Assembly (NCBI GenBank): GCA_028690885.1
Contig: JAQVAJ010000001.1
Coordinates: 1 to 37,481, forward strand
DNA: 37,481 bases
Source of the DNA: Clostridia bacterium
GTDB lineage: Bacteria > Bacillota > Clostridia > DUPQ01
Reading direction: 5' to 3'
Each line of letters begins with the position of its first letter. The stretch's first letter is position 1. This document shows, piece by piece, positions 1 through 9,426 of this stretch. The notes under the pieces were generated by a model that worked only from the letters and a program-made list of their open reading frames with translations, was not told the origin of the DNA and did no database searches. Position numbers and translations under genes: made by a program.

Positions 1-1034
1 TAGCTTCAAGATACAGGATTATTGATTTTATTTTATCATCAATGGTCAATTCAGGAATAACTAATGTTGGAATAATAACTCAGAAAAACTACAAATCACT
101 AATGGATCATCTTGGTACAGGAAAAGAATGGGACCTTAACAGGAAAATAGGCGGATTGCTTCTGATACCGCCATTCTCTTCAAGAGATACAATGAGCAAT
201 GAGAATGGAGATTTGTCTGACCTGGCAGGAGCTCTGGATTTTTTAGAAAAGTCACCTCAAAAATATGTTGTACTTTCTAAAAGCCATTTGATTTGTAATT
301 TGAATTTTGATGATGCATTTGAAAAACATGTTAATACTAACTCTATTGTTACAATTTTCTATCAGAATCTTGAACCAAGAGGTGAGGTAAGCGGATTGAA
401 GAACAGGTTCTTCTTAAATCTCGATGAAGATGACAGAGTTAATCAGATTAAGGCTTATTCCTCTACTAATCTTAGTAACAAGATATCACTTGACATATAT
501 ATAATTAATAAGGAGTTTTTAATATATCTAATTCGAGATGGATTAGCATCTGGGGAAAAAGGGTCTCTAAGTGAGATACTGTCTAAAAGAGTAGATCACA
601 TGAGAATGACCGGTTATATCGCAAAGGATTTTGTTGCAAGAATTGATTCCATTAAAACCTTTTATCAGGCAAATATGGTTATACTGAATAAGGATATCAG
701 GGAGAGACTATTTTTCAGACCTGGAAGGATTTATACGAAAGTAAAAGATGAAGCACCAACTAAATATATGGATTCTGCAGTAGTTAAAAACTCTTTAATA
801 GCAGATGGATGTGTTATAAACGGATATGTTGAAAACAGCATAATATTTAGAGGTGTCAAAATCGAAAAAGGAGCAAAAGTTATAAATTCGATAATAATGC
901 AGAACTCAGAAGTTATGGAAGATGCGATATTGGAACATGTCATTCTTGATAAGGAAGTCATTATTAGAAAAGATATCAGACTTACAGGGCAACAGTCATA
1001 TCTTGTATTGATTAACAAAGGAGCGATTGTGTAA
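1..1034 (+). CDS. glgD: Glucose-1-phosphate adenylyltransferase subunit GlgD (non-catalytic), 5' partial; frame is open from nt 3, so the gene starts upstream of the window
   Basis: Translation from nt 3 gives ASRYRIIDFILSSMVNSGITNVG, the nucleotidyl-transferase motif of GlgC/GlgD. It lacks the GlgC-type W-x-DVGT signature (has ARIDSIKTFYQANMVIL). The C-terminus is a left-handed beta-helix repeat region (VINGYVENSIIFRGVKIEKGAKVINSII). The stop overlaps the glgA ATG (TAATG). Confidence 0.8.
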   Translation, partial: ASRYRIIDFILSSMVNSGITNVGIITQKNYKSLMDHLGTGKEWDLNRKIGGLLLIPPFSSRDTMSNENGDLSDLAGALDFLEKSPQKYVVLSKSHLICNLNFDDAFEKHVNTNSIVTIFYQNLEPRGEVSGLKNRFFLNLDEDDRVNQIKAYSSTNLSNKISLDIYIINKEFLIYLIRDGLASGEKGSLSEILSKRVDHMRMTGYIAKDFVARIDSIKTFYQANMVILNKDIRERLFFRPGRIYTKVKDEAPTKYMDSAVVKNSLIADGCVINGYVENSIIFRGVKIEKGAKVINSIIMQNSEVMEDAILEHVILDKEVIIRKDIRLTGQQSYLVLINKGAIV

Positions 1035-2479
1035 TGAAAATTTTATATGTATCAACTGAAGGAACACCTTTTGCAAAGGCTGGAGGATTAGCTGATGTCA
1101 TTGGAGCTCTGCCGTATTCTGTAGCTGCGAAAGGGCACGAAACAGCGATAATTCTACCATACTATAAAAGCATTAGAGATAAATGGAAATATGAAGCGAA
1201 GTTTCTTACTAGTACCATTGTAACTGTTGGATGGAGAAAACAGTATGCTGGAATACTAACCTTAAAACATAAAGGAATCACCATATATTTTATTGATAAT
1301 GAATTTTATTTTGGTTCCGATAAAATATACAGTTATGGCGATTATGAAGCGGAAAGAATGGCTTTTTTCAACAGAGCTGTTTTAGAATCACTTAAACTTA
1401 TTAATAAATCATATGATATCCTGCATCTTAATGACTGGCAGACTGCTATGATAGCTCTGTTACTTAAGGACCAGTATATAAAGAATCCAGTCTATAATGG
1501 CTTCTACGATAACTTAAGGACTGTTTTCACTATACATAATTTAAAGTATCAGGGAATTTATGAGTCCTCTGTTCTTCCTGACCTTTTTAATTTATCAATG
1601 GATTATGCAGTAATAGACAAACTAGAATTTTTTGGAAGAATCAATTTTATGAAAGCAGGGCTTATCTATTCAGATAAGATAACTACAGTCAGCAATACAT
1701 ATAAAGAAGAGATAAGAAATCCATTTTTTGGAGAGAATTTAGATGGTGTTATAAATCAAAGGAATCTGGACCTTTATGGAATCGTTAATGGTCTTGATGA
1801 AGAAGAATATGATCCTAAAACTGACAAGTTCATTTATCAGACTTTTGGTATAAGGGATATCGAAAAAAAGAATACCAACAAAATGATGCTACAAAAACAG
1901 CTAGACCTTGATGTTAATGAAAAGATACCGATAATTGCTATGATATCCAGACTGGTTTCTCAAAAGGGCTTGGATCTGGTGAGAAGAGTATTTGATGACA
2001 TTATGTCTTTTAATGTTCAATTTGTTGTTCTTGGTACTGGTGAGGAACAATATGAGCAGTTTTTCCAATCTACACATGCAAGATATTACGGCAAGGTAGC
2101 ATCTGTTATCAGATTTGATGAACAGATGGCGAGAAAAATATATGCTGGTGCTGATATGTTCCTAATGCCTTCATTATCAGAACCTTGCGGAATAAGCCAG
2201 CTTATTGCAATGAAGTACGGTACTGTACCTATTGTTAGAGCGGTCGGAGGCTTGAGAGATACTGTAATTCAATATGACCCGCAGAAAGACACAGGAAACG
2301 GATATCTTTTCCAAAACTATAATGCTCATGAGATGGCTCATACAATATATCTTGCATGCCAGACATATAAAGATAAGGAGAAATGGACAAAACTTGCAAA
2401 AAGGGCTATGAAAACGAATTTTTCATGGGATACAGCAGCACAACAATATATTACGGTTTATGAAAGGGCTTTGGCATAA
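1034..2479 (+). CDS. glgA: Glycogen synthase (ADP-glucose type, GT5)
   Basis: N-terminal MKILYVSTEGTPFAKAGGLADVIGALP (KxGGL motif). C-terminal PSLSEPCGISQLIAMKYGTVPIVRAVGGLRDTV is typical of GlgA. 481 aa. AAAGGAG RBS at 1017-1023. Confidence 0.93.
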   Translation: MKILYVSTEGTPFAKAGGLADVIGALPYSVAAKGHETAIILPYYKSIRDKWKYEAKFLTSTIVTVGWRKQYAGILTLKHKGITIYFIDNEFYFGSDKIYSYGDYEAERMAFFNRAVLESLKLINKSYDILHLNDWQTAMIALLLKDQYIKNPVYNGFYDNLRTVFTIHNLKYQGIYESSVLPDLFNLSMDYAVIDKLEFFGRINFMKAGLIYSDKITTVSNTYKEEIRNPFFGENLDGVINQRNLDLYGIVNGLDEEEYDPKTDKFIYQTFGIRDIEKKNTNKMMLQKQLDLDVNEKIPIIAMISRLVSQKGLDLVRRVFDDIMSFNVQFVVLGTGEEQYEQFFQSTHARYYGKVASVIRFDEQMARKIYAGADMFLMPSLSEPCGISQLIAMKYGTVPIVRAVGGLRDTVIQYDPQKDTGNGYLFQNYNAHEMAHTIYLACQTYKDKEKWTKLAKRAMKTNFSWDTAAQQYITVYERALA

Positions 2480-2481
2480 CT

Positions 2482-3357
2482 ATGAAGTTTGGTATTTATT
2501 ATGCTTTCTGGGAAAAACAGTGGGGAGCAGATTATGAAGGATATATAAAAAAAGCAGCAAATCTTGGATTCGATATATTAGAAATATCCTGTGCTTCCTT
2601 GGATGAGGTTTCAAGTGATGATGTCAAAGCTCTGTATGAAGCCAAAGAGAAATACAAAATTAGCCTTACAGCCGGTTATGGTCCAAAGCCTACTCAGAAT
2701 ATTGCATCAGAAGATTCTAAAGTAGTAAATAACACGCTGCATTTCTGGGAAAAGGTTTTCAAAGTATTAAAAGCTTTGGATATTGATACAGTCGGAGGAG
2801 GTTTATATTACTATTGGCCTGTAGATTACACTAAACAGATAAATAAACCAAGTGACTGGGAACGTTCAGTCAAGGGAGTTTCAAAGTTGGCAGATCTAGC
2901 TGCTGATTACAATATTAATATTTGTATGGAGTCTCTAAATAGACATGAGGGATTTTTAATAAATACTGCTTTAGAATGCGTATCTTTCGTAAAGCAAGTT
3001 GGCAAAAAAAATGTAAAAGCAATGCTGGACACTTATCATATGAATATGGAAGAAGATGATATGAGAGAAGCTATACTGCAGACAAAAGGTTATTTAGGTC
3101 ATTTTCATGTTGGCGAGAATAATAGAAGGCTTCCTGGACAGGGGAAAATAATAAACTGGCTTGAGATCGCGAAAGCATTAAAGAATATAGATTATAGCGG
3201 TGCTGTTGTAATGGAGCCTTTTGTGCTTACAGGAGGCAAAGTGGGAAACGATATAAAGATATGGCGAGATATGTCAGATAATGCTACTGGCGAAATGCTG
3301 GATATTCAGGCAGCTGAATCTGTCTCATTTCTTAAAGAGATATTCAAAAAAGCATGA
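2482..3357 (+). CDS. Ketose 3-epimerase family protein (D-allulose/D-psicose or D-tagatose 3-epimerase-like, xylose-isomerase-like TIM barrel)
   Basis: MKFGIYYAFWEKQWGADY...LGFDILEI closely resembles the N-terminus of characterised clostridial D-psicose 3-epimerases as I recall them. The metal/catalytic positions look conserved: E in CMESLNRHE, D in MLDTYHMN, H in GHFHVGENN, E in VVMEPF. It starts 2 nt after the glgA stop. Confidence 0.75.
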   Translation: MKFGIYYAFWEKQWGADYEGYIKKAANLGFDILEISCASLDEVSSDDVKALYEAKEKYKISLTAGYGPKPTQNIASEDSKVVNNTLHFWEKVFKVLKALDIDTVGGGLYYYWPVDYTKQINKPSDWERSVKGVSKLADLAADYNINICMESLNRHEGFLINTALECVSFVKQVGKKNVKAMLDTYHMNMEEDDMREAILQTKGYLGHFHVGENNRRLPGQGKIINWLEIAKALKNIDYSGAVVMEPFVLTGGKVGNDIKIWRDMSDNATGEMLDIQAAESVSFLKEIFKKA

Positions 3358-3362
3358 AATAG

Positions 3363-3391
3363 TTGCTAAATAAAAATCTTTTTCGTATAAT
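3363..3391 (+). promoter_or_regulatory. Putative sigma-A promoter for glgP and the GH13 gene
   Basis: TTGCTA (3363-3368), 17-nt spacer, TATAAT (3386-3391), located in the 40-nt gap upstream of glgP. Confidence 0.45.
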
Positions 3392-3418
3392 ATCAGATTG
3401 GTGAAGGAGTACCCTTAT

Positions 3419-5851
3419 TTGAAAAAAACATTAAATAGTGAAAATACAGTAATAAAAGAAATAAGTGAAACATTAAACAGAACATTCGGTAAATCCATTG
3501 AAACAGCCAGCCAAAGTCAGATTTATAAGGCATTTGCAATAACGGTTAAAAATGAGATAATGCAGAAGTGGGCTGCTTCAGAAAGAAAACCTGATAAAAA
3601 ACAGGTTTATTATCTTTCCATAGAGTTTTTAATGGGTAGAGCATTATCTAATAATATATTGAACATCGGTAGATATGATGAATATCTACAGGCATGTAAA
3701 GAACTGGGATTGGATTTTATGTCAATTGTATCATCTGAACCTGATGCAGGACTTGGCAATGGGGGATTAGGACGTTTAGCGGCCTGTTTTATCGACTCTT
3801 TAGCAACACTGGATCTTCCTGCACAAGGATGCGGTATAAGATATGAGTATGGATTGTTTAAGCAGAAGATAATTGACGGTTATCAGGTTGAGTATCCTGA
3901 TGCATGGCTTGAAGATGGAAATGTCTGGGAGGTTGAAAGACCAGAGGAAAAAATGGAAGTCCATTTTGGAGGACAGATATTAGAATCATGGGAAGGTGAC
4001 AAATTGAGATTTGTCCATAGTGATTATACTACAGTACTAGCCGTTCCATATGATATGCCTATAATTGGATATATGAATGACAGGGTTAATTCTTTAAGGC
4101 TCTGGAAAGCAGTATCTCCAAAGCACCTAGATATGGTCAGCTTCAATAAAGGAGAGTATCTTAAGGCAGTAGAAGAAAGAGAAATGGCAGAAGTGCTTTC
4201 ACATATCTTATATCCAGAAGACAGACATTATGAAGGGAAATCTTTAAGACTGAAACAGCACTATTTCTTTGTTTCTGCAACCTGTCAGATGATAGTATCT
4301 AAATTTTTAAAAACCAATCAACCTATTGAAAAACTGCCTCAAACCGCAGTAATTCATATTAATGACACACATCCTGCGTTAGCAATCCCTGAGCTTATGA
4401 GGATATTAATGGATGAACAGGGATTAGGATGGGAGCAAGCTTGGGAAATAACCTCAAGAATGTTTGCATATACTAATCACACGATAATGGCTGAAGCTTT
4501 AGAAAAATGGCCAGAGAATCTTTTCATGCAGGTACTGCCAAGAATATACAGTATAGTTAAAGAGATTAATGAGCGTTTCTGTTCAATGATTTATAAGGAT
4601 TTTCCTGAGAAAAGAAATGATATTCACAAAATGGCAATAATTGCATACGGTCAAATAGCTATGGCTCCATTATGTATAGCAGGGGCATATTCGATAAACG
4701 GAGTATCACAACTTCATTCAAATATAATAAAAGAAGATACATTCAAAGATTATGCTGACATATTTAAGGATAAGTTTACAAATGTAACTAATGGAGTTAC
4801 ACATAGAAGATGGCTTATGTTATCTAATAAGGATTTATCTGATCTGATTACATCTAAAATAGGTAAAGAGTGGATTAGTGACACAATGAAACTTAAGAAA
4901 CTTGAAGAGTATGCTGACAATAAGGATTTTTCAGATAAGTTTGATAAGATAAAAAGAAATAACAAAAAGAAGCTTGCTGAATATATTAGAAACACTACAG
5001 GTATAGCTGTAAGTGAAGACTCTATATTTGACGTTCAGGCAAAAAGGCTCCATGAATATAAAAGGCAGTTGATGAATATCATAAGGATACTATACAACTA
5101 TATAGAAATAATTGAAGATCCTGATAAATACAGAGAAGCCAGACCTATAACATGTATATTTGCTGCGAAAGCAGCGCCAGGATATAACAGAGCGAAAACT
5201 ATAATTAAGCTAATTAATGATGTAGCAAATCTTGTTAATAATGATACTAGGATAATGGATAAGATTAAGGTTGTCTTTCTTGAGAATTATTCAGTTTCAT
5301 TAGCACAGATGATATTTCCTGCAAGTGACATATCAGAACAGATTTCAACTGCCTCTAAAGAAGCGAGCGGGACTGGAAACATGAAATTTATGCTTAATGG
5401 TGCATTAACACTTGGTACTCTGGATGGTGCAAATGTAGAAATACATGAAAGTGTCGGTGATGAAAACATATACATTTTCGGATTTGATTCAAAAACTGTA
5501 CAGCAGATTTACGAAACAGGATTGTATGATCCTAGAATATATTTAAATGAGGATCCGAAACTTAAAAAAGCATTGGATATGCTTATAGACGGATCTATAA
5601 ATTCTGAAAGGCTTAACCTGTATAAAGAGATATATGATTCTTTGCTTTCATGTAGATCATCAATGAGCGATCAGTATCTTATCATGGGTGATTTCAAATC
5701 ATATAAAGAAACGCATGACAAAATGGTTGCTGATTATGAAGACAGAAACAGCTGGAATAAAAAGGCTATTATAAATGTGGCAAATGCCGGAAGATTCTCA
5801 TCAGATATTAGTATTGCAAATTATAATAAACGGATTTGGAAACTTAAATAA
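3419..5851 (+). CDS. glgP: Glycogen/maltodextrin phosphorylase (GT35)
   Basis: Family motifs LGNGGLGRLAACFIDS and the PLP-lysine region EASGTGNMKFMLNGALTLGTLDGANVE. The ORF track starts at TTG 3398, but the only good RBS (GAAGGAG, 3404-3410) sits inside that extension. It is 8 nt upstream of the in-frame TTG at 3419, so 3419 is the preferred start. Confidence 0.93.
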   Translation: MKKTLNSENTVIKEISETLNRTFGKSIETASQSQIYKAFAITVKNEIMQKWAASERKPDKKQVYYLSIEFLMGRALSNNILNIGRYDEYLQACKELGLDFMSIVSSEPDAGLGNGGLGRLAACFIDSLATLDLPAQGCGIRYEYGLFKQKIIDGYQVEYPDAWLEDGNVWEVERPEEKMEVHFGGQILESWEGDKLRFVHSDYTTVLAVPYDMPIIGYMNDRVNSLRLWKAVSPKHLDMVSFNKGEYLKAVEEREMAEVLSHILYPEDRHYEGKSLRLKQHYFFVSATCQMIVSKFLKTNQPIEKLPQTAVIHINDTHPALAIPELMRILMDEQGLGWEQAWEITSRMFAYTNHTIMAEALEKWPENLFMQVLPRIYSIVKEINERFCSMIYKDFPEKRNDIHKMAIIAYGQIAMAPLCIAGAYSINGVSQLHSNIIKEDTFKDYADIFKDKFTNVTNGVTHRRWLMLSNKDLSDLITSKIGKEWISDTMKLKKLEEYADNKDFSDKFDKIKRNNKKKLAEYIRNTTGIAVSEDSIFDVQAKRLHEYKRQLMNIIRILYNYIEIIEDPDKYREARPITCIFAAKAAPGYNRAKTIIKLINDVANLVNNDTRIMDKIKVVFLENYSVSLAQMIFPASDISEQISTASKEASGTGNMKFMLNGALTLGTLDGANVEIHESVGDENIYIFGFDSKTVQQIYETGLYDPRIYLNEDPKLKKALDMLIDGSINSERLNLYKEIYDSLLSCRSSMSDQYLIMGDFKSYKETHDKMVADYEDRNSWNKKAIINVANAGRFSSDISIANYNKRIWKLK

Positions 5852-7590
5852 TGCTCGAAATTTTTTACAATAGCAGGGATACTGTATATAAATCTATATT
5901 TGGAGCTGTGCAGTGTGCTACATTGATTAAATTCAGAATTGATGTAAGATGTGATGCTCCTGTCAAAGCAGCCATCATAATTAACCACATAAGTCATGAA
6001 ATGCAGATAGACAGTCTTACTGGGGATCTATCTGTTTTTACATTATCATTGCATTCATTGCACAAACCAGGCTTGATGTATTATCATTTTGAAGTATCAA
6101 CCCCTTACCATACCGTTTATTATGGTAATGATATGGATATGTTACAGGGTATAGGAAAAAAATACGATAAAAAGCCTTTGGACTATCAAATAACAGTATA
6201 TGACAAATTTAATACTCCTGATTGGATTAAAGGAAGAGTCATGTATCAGATTTTTCCTGACAGATTCTATAAAGAAAATATAAAGCAAAGTCCGTACTGG
6301 GACCGCTATTTTCATGAAAGTTGGTATGAAGACCCGTATATAGAAGATGATTTTAAAAGCGGTACTATGGAGTGTTCCGACTTCTTTGGAGGGAATTTAG
6401 ATGGAATTATTAAGAAACTGGATTATATAAAATCATTAGGAGTTGGAGTAATTTATCTTAATCCAATATATCTGGCTTATTCAAATCATAGATATGATGT
6501 AGCAGACTACATGTCAGTAGATGATACTTTAGGTGAAGAGAACGATTTGAGAATATTATGTGAAGAAGCTAAAAAAAGAGATATATACATTATTCTTGAT
6601 ATGGTATTTTCGCATACTGGTAGTGACAGTGTGTATTTTAATAAAAATATGACATTTGGATATCAGGGTGCTTTTAATGACAAGCAATCTGAGTATAGAA
6701 GCTGGTACGTCTTTAAAAAAGATAATACATATGAATCATGGTGGGGAATTGAAACTTTACCAAATACTATTGAAACAAATCCGTCATTTATGAGTCACAC
6801 ATTATCTTCTCTTGAAAAATGGATGAATCTTGGTATAAAAGGATTTAGGCTTGATGTCGCAGATGAACTTCCTGATGAATATATTAAAGCATTAAGAAGT
6901 AAAATTAAAAGTATAGATAACCAATCAGTATTAATAGGAGAAGTATGGGAAGATGCATCAAACAAGTCAAGTTATGGCAAAAAACGGGAGTATCTGTATG
7001 GATATGAATTGGATTCAGTCATGAATTACCCTTACAGGGATGCCCTTATAAACTATACTTTAGGCAAAATAGATGCGAAAACTTTTTGTAGAAAAATTGA
7101 AATAATTCGTGAGAACTATCCTAAGCAGGTATATGAATGTCTTATGAATATGCTAAGTACACATGATGTTTCCAGAATACTTTCTGTACTAGGAGGAAAA
7201 TCAGATTTTGAAAATATACCGAGAAATCAGCAAAAGAATATTTATCTAAATAAGGAGGAATATGAAATTGCTGTTAAGCGTTTGAATTTTATCATATCTC
7301 TTCTTATATGTCTTCCAGGAGTTCCGACAATTTATTATGCAGATGAAGCAGGCAGTCAAGGGTTAAAAGACCCTTTTAACCGAAGGACGTATCCATGGGG
7401 TAAAGAAGATTTAAGAATTTTTGAGATTTATAAAGGTTTCCTTAATCAAAGAAGTTCGAATGAACTGCTTAGATATGGGACATTCTCTATATCGGAAAAA
7501 GAAGATAATATTCTTATCAAAAGAGAATATGGTCAAGAAGTAAGTACTTTCATTTTCAATAACACCAAATTGTCATATATAAAGATATAA
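5851..7590 (+). CDS. Cytoplasmic GH13 alpha-amylase-family glycosidase (neopullulanase/cyclomaltodextrinase-like, with an N-terminal Ig-like domain)
   Basis: GH13 conserved regions: DMVFSHT (I), GFRLDVADE (II, nucleophile D), IGEVWE (III, acid/base E), LSTHDVSR (IV). No signal peptide. The ATG overlaps the glgP stop (TAATG). Confidence 0.85.
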   Translation: MLEIFYNSRDTVYKSIFGAVQCATLIKFRIDVRCDAPVKAAIIINHISHEMQIDSLTGDLSVFTLSLHSLHKPGLMYYHFEVSTPYHTVYYGNDMDMLQGIGKKYDKKPLDYQITVYDKFNTPDWIKGRVMYQIFPDRFYKENIKQSPYWDRYFHESWYEDPYIEDDFKSGTMECSDFFGGNLDGIIKKLDYIKSLGVGVIYLNPIYLAYSNHRYDVADYMSVDDTLGEENDLRILCEEAKKRDIYIILDMVFSHTGSDSVYFNKNMTFGYQGAFNDKQSEYRSWYVFKKDNTYESWWGIETLPNTIETNPSFMSHTLSSLEKWMNLGIKGFRLDVADELPDEYIKALRSKIKSIDNQSVLIGEVWEDASNKSSYGKKREYLYGYELDSVMNYPYRDALINYTLGKIDAKTFCRKIEIIRENYPKQVYECLMNMLSTHDVSRILSVLGGKSDFENIPRNQQKNIYLNKEEYEIAVKRLNFIISLLICLPGVPTIYYADEAGSQGLKDPFNRRTYPWGKEDLRIFEIYKGFLNQRSSNELLRYGTFSISEKEDNILIKREYGQEVSTFIFNNTKLSYIKI

Positions 7591-7598
7591 CACAGTTT

Positions 7599-7628
7599 TT
7601 GATGTTGTACAGTATTACTATGTATGAT
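7599..7628 (+). promoter_or_regulatory. Possible promoter for the GH4 gene
   Basis: TTGATG (7599-7604), 18-nt spacer, TATGAT (7623-7628). RBS GAAGGGAG at 7648-7655. This is a weak call in AT-rich DNA. Confidence 0.3.
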
Positions 7629-7661
7629 AGCATTTAACCAGATTTATGAAGGGAGATTATT

Positions 7662-8990
7662 ATGAGCAAAATAACTTTTATGGGGGCAGGTAGTTCTGTA
7701 TTTGTAAAAAACGTAATAGGTGACTGTATGTGTACGCCTGTTTTAGCTGATTCAGAGTTTGCATTGTATGATATTGATGAACAACGATTAAATGATTCAA
7801 AACTTCTTGTTGATACTCTTAATAACAATATTAATAATAACAAGGCTACTATTAAGTCTTATCTTGGAGTAGAAAACAGAAAAGACGCACTAAGAGATGC
7901 TGATTTTATCGTTAATGCAATTCAGGTAGGTGGATATGAACCATGTACTGTAATTGATTTCGAGATACCAAAAAAATATGGAATTAATCAGACCATTGCT
8001 GATACTTTGGGAATTGGCGGGATTATGAGAGCATTGAGGACTATTCCAGTTATGAAAGAGTTTGCTACTGATATCGAGCAGGTATGTCCTAACGCTTTAT
8101 TATTGAATTACACTAATCCAATGTCAATGTTGGCAGGATATATGCAAAGATATACAAAGGTTAAAACTGTCGGTTTATGCCATTCAGTACAGGTATGCTC
8201 TGAAGCTGTACTAAACGGAGTTGGAATGCAAGACAAACTTGAAGGCAGAGTAGATTTTATTGCAGGAATTAATCATATGGGCTGGCTTCTTGATATAAAA
8301 GATAAGGATGGAAATGATCTTTATCCTGAAATTAGAAAAAAAGCTGCTATTAAGAACAAAACAGAAAAGCACAAAGATATGGTAAGGTTTGAGTATATAA
8401 AACATCTTGGGTACTACTGTACTGAATCAAGTGAGCATAATGCTGAGTACAACCCTTGGTTTATAAAACCTAATTATCCAGAATTAATTGAAAAATTTAA
8501 TATTCCGCTGGATGAATATCCCAGACGCTGCAGAAAACAAATTAGCAGATGGGCTGAACAAAAACAAGAACTTTTAAATAATGGCAGGATAGACCATGAA
8601 AGAAGCAGGGAATATGCATCATACATAATGGAAGCAGTAGTAACAAACAAACCATTTAAAATTGGCGGTAATGTAATGAATACAGGATTAATTGAGAATC
8701 TGCCTGCTGATGCATGTGTTGAGGTTCCATGTATGATAGATGGGAACGGAATAAATCCATGTCATGTAGGCAGGCTTCCTGTGCAGTTAGCTGCAATGAA
8801 TATGACTAATATAAATGTTCATCTTCTAACAATTCAAGCTGCGATAACAAAGAAGAGAGAAGACATATATAGGGCTGTAATGCTTGAACCTAGATGTGCA
8901 GCTATTTTGTCTGTGGATGATATTATAAAGATGGTAGATGAGTTAATTGAAGCACATCAGAGAGTTGGATTTATGACTGAATATAAATAA
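7662..8990 (+). CDS. GH4 family NAD+/Mn2+-dependent glycosidase (alpha-galactosidase/alpha-glucosidase, MelA/AglA-like)
   Basis: N-terminal Rossmann motif KITFMGAGSSVF. Conserved GH4 Cys-His (VGLCHSVQ) and GINHMGW motifs. 442 aa. Confidence 0.85.
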   Translation: MSKITFMGAGSSVFVKNVIGDCMCTPVLADSEFALYDIDEQRLNDSKLLVDTLNNNINNNKATIKSYLGVENRKDALRDADFIVNAIQVGGYEPCTVIDFEIPKKYGINQTIADTLGIGGIMRALRTIPVMKEFATDIEQVCPNALLLNYTNPMSMLAGYMQRYTKVKTVGLCHSVQVCSEAVLNGVGMQDKLEGRVDFIAGINHMGWLLDIKDKDGNDLYPEIRKKAAIKNKTEKHKDMVRFEYIKHLGYYCTESSEHNAEYNPWFIKPNYPELIEKFNIPLDEYPRRCRKQISRWAEQKQELLNNGRIDHERSREYASYIMEAVVTNKPFKIGGNVMNTGLIENLPADACVEVPCMIDGNGINPCHVGRLPVQLAAMNMTNINVHLLTIQAAITKKREDIYRAVMLEPRCAAILSVDDIIKMVDELIEAHQRVGFMTEYK

Positions 8991-9005
8991 TCCATCTTTA
9001 TATCA

Positions 9006-9034
9006 TTGACTTAAGTTGCGTTTTATTATATATT
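9006..9034 (+). promoter_or_regulatory. Putative sigma-A promoter for the oadG-like/oadB-like pair
   Basis: TTGACT (9006-9011), 17-nt spacer, TATATT (9029-9034). GGAGG RBS at 9052-9056. Confidence 0.45.
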
Positions 9035-9062
9035 TATTGAGATAGCGAATTGGAGGTGGACC

Positions 9063-9413
9063 ATGGAAAATGCATTATTACAGACTATAACAGGATTCCT
9101 TGTAGTAATTATAGGGATGCTCATATTGACAGCTGTTATAATCTTATTTTCAAAATTAATGGGTAAGAATAGCACTAACAAAACAGCTGTAGTCAAACAA
9201 GTTGAAAAGCCTGTTACACCTGTTGCTGAGATATATGCAGATTCTGATGATGAAGAAGAAATTGCAGCTGTATTAGCATGTATAGAAACATACCTTCAGC
9301 AGAATAATATAAAGAATGTTTGTAAAATAGTGGTTAGACCTTTAGTTAGAACAGTATCTTCGTCATCTTGGAGTCAAGCTGGCAGGATGAATCTTGTAAA
9401 TAAGAAAATTTAG
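9063..9413 (+). CDS. OadG/GcdD-family small membrane subunit (gamma) of a Na+-translocating decarboxylase
   Basis: Single N-terminal TM helix (ITGFLVVIIGMLILTAVIILF) is followed by a linker and an acidic stretch, DSDDEEEIAAVLACIE, typical of the OadG family. It lies directly upstream of the beta subunit gene. Confidence 0.75.
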   Translation: MENALLQTITGFLVVIIGMLILTAVIILFSKLMGKNSTNKTAVVKQVEKPVTPVAEIYADSDDEEEIAAVLACIETYLQQNNIKNVCKIVVRPLVRTVSSSSWSQAGRMNLVNKKI

Positions 9414-9426
9414 GGCAGGTGTAAAT

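Noticed and set aside
731-1018. Antisense ORFs from the six-frame track lying inside well-supported genes. They are 731-1018, 4750-4995, 5287-5475, 7634-7843, 8211-8405, 9654-9920, 9921-10415, 12886-13077, 14385-14837, 16070-16261, 17759-17962, 18355-18546, 18758-18961, 19573-19770, 20139-20354, 23098-23337, 26678-27054, 32970-33267, 33635-33847, 33938-34216 and 36049-36240.
   Set aside because: Each lies wholly within, or opposite to, a gene with strong family motifs. None has an RBS, and their translations are low-complexity or hydrophobic strings typical of reverse-frame reading of AT-rich genes. The two longest (164 aa opposite oadB, 150 aa opposite pheT) show no recognisable motif.
5851-7590. 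GH13 conserved region I reads DMVFSH (Ser instead of the usual Asn) and region IV reads THD instead of NHD. Considered as a possible inactive or novel enzyme.
   Set aside because: The catalytic Asp/Glu/Asp triad positions (GFRLDVADE, GEVWE, HD) are intact. Such substitutions occur in several GH13 subfamilies, so this is not evidence of novelty without a subfamily assignment.
7605-7635. Possible catabolite-responsive element (cre) near TGTACA/TGTATGATAGCA upstream of the GH4 gene.
   Set aside because: It does not fit the cre consensus (no central CG and poor dyad symmetry).
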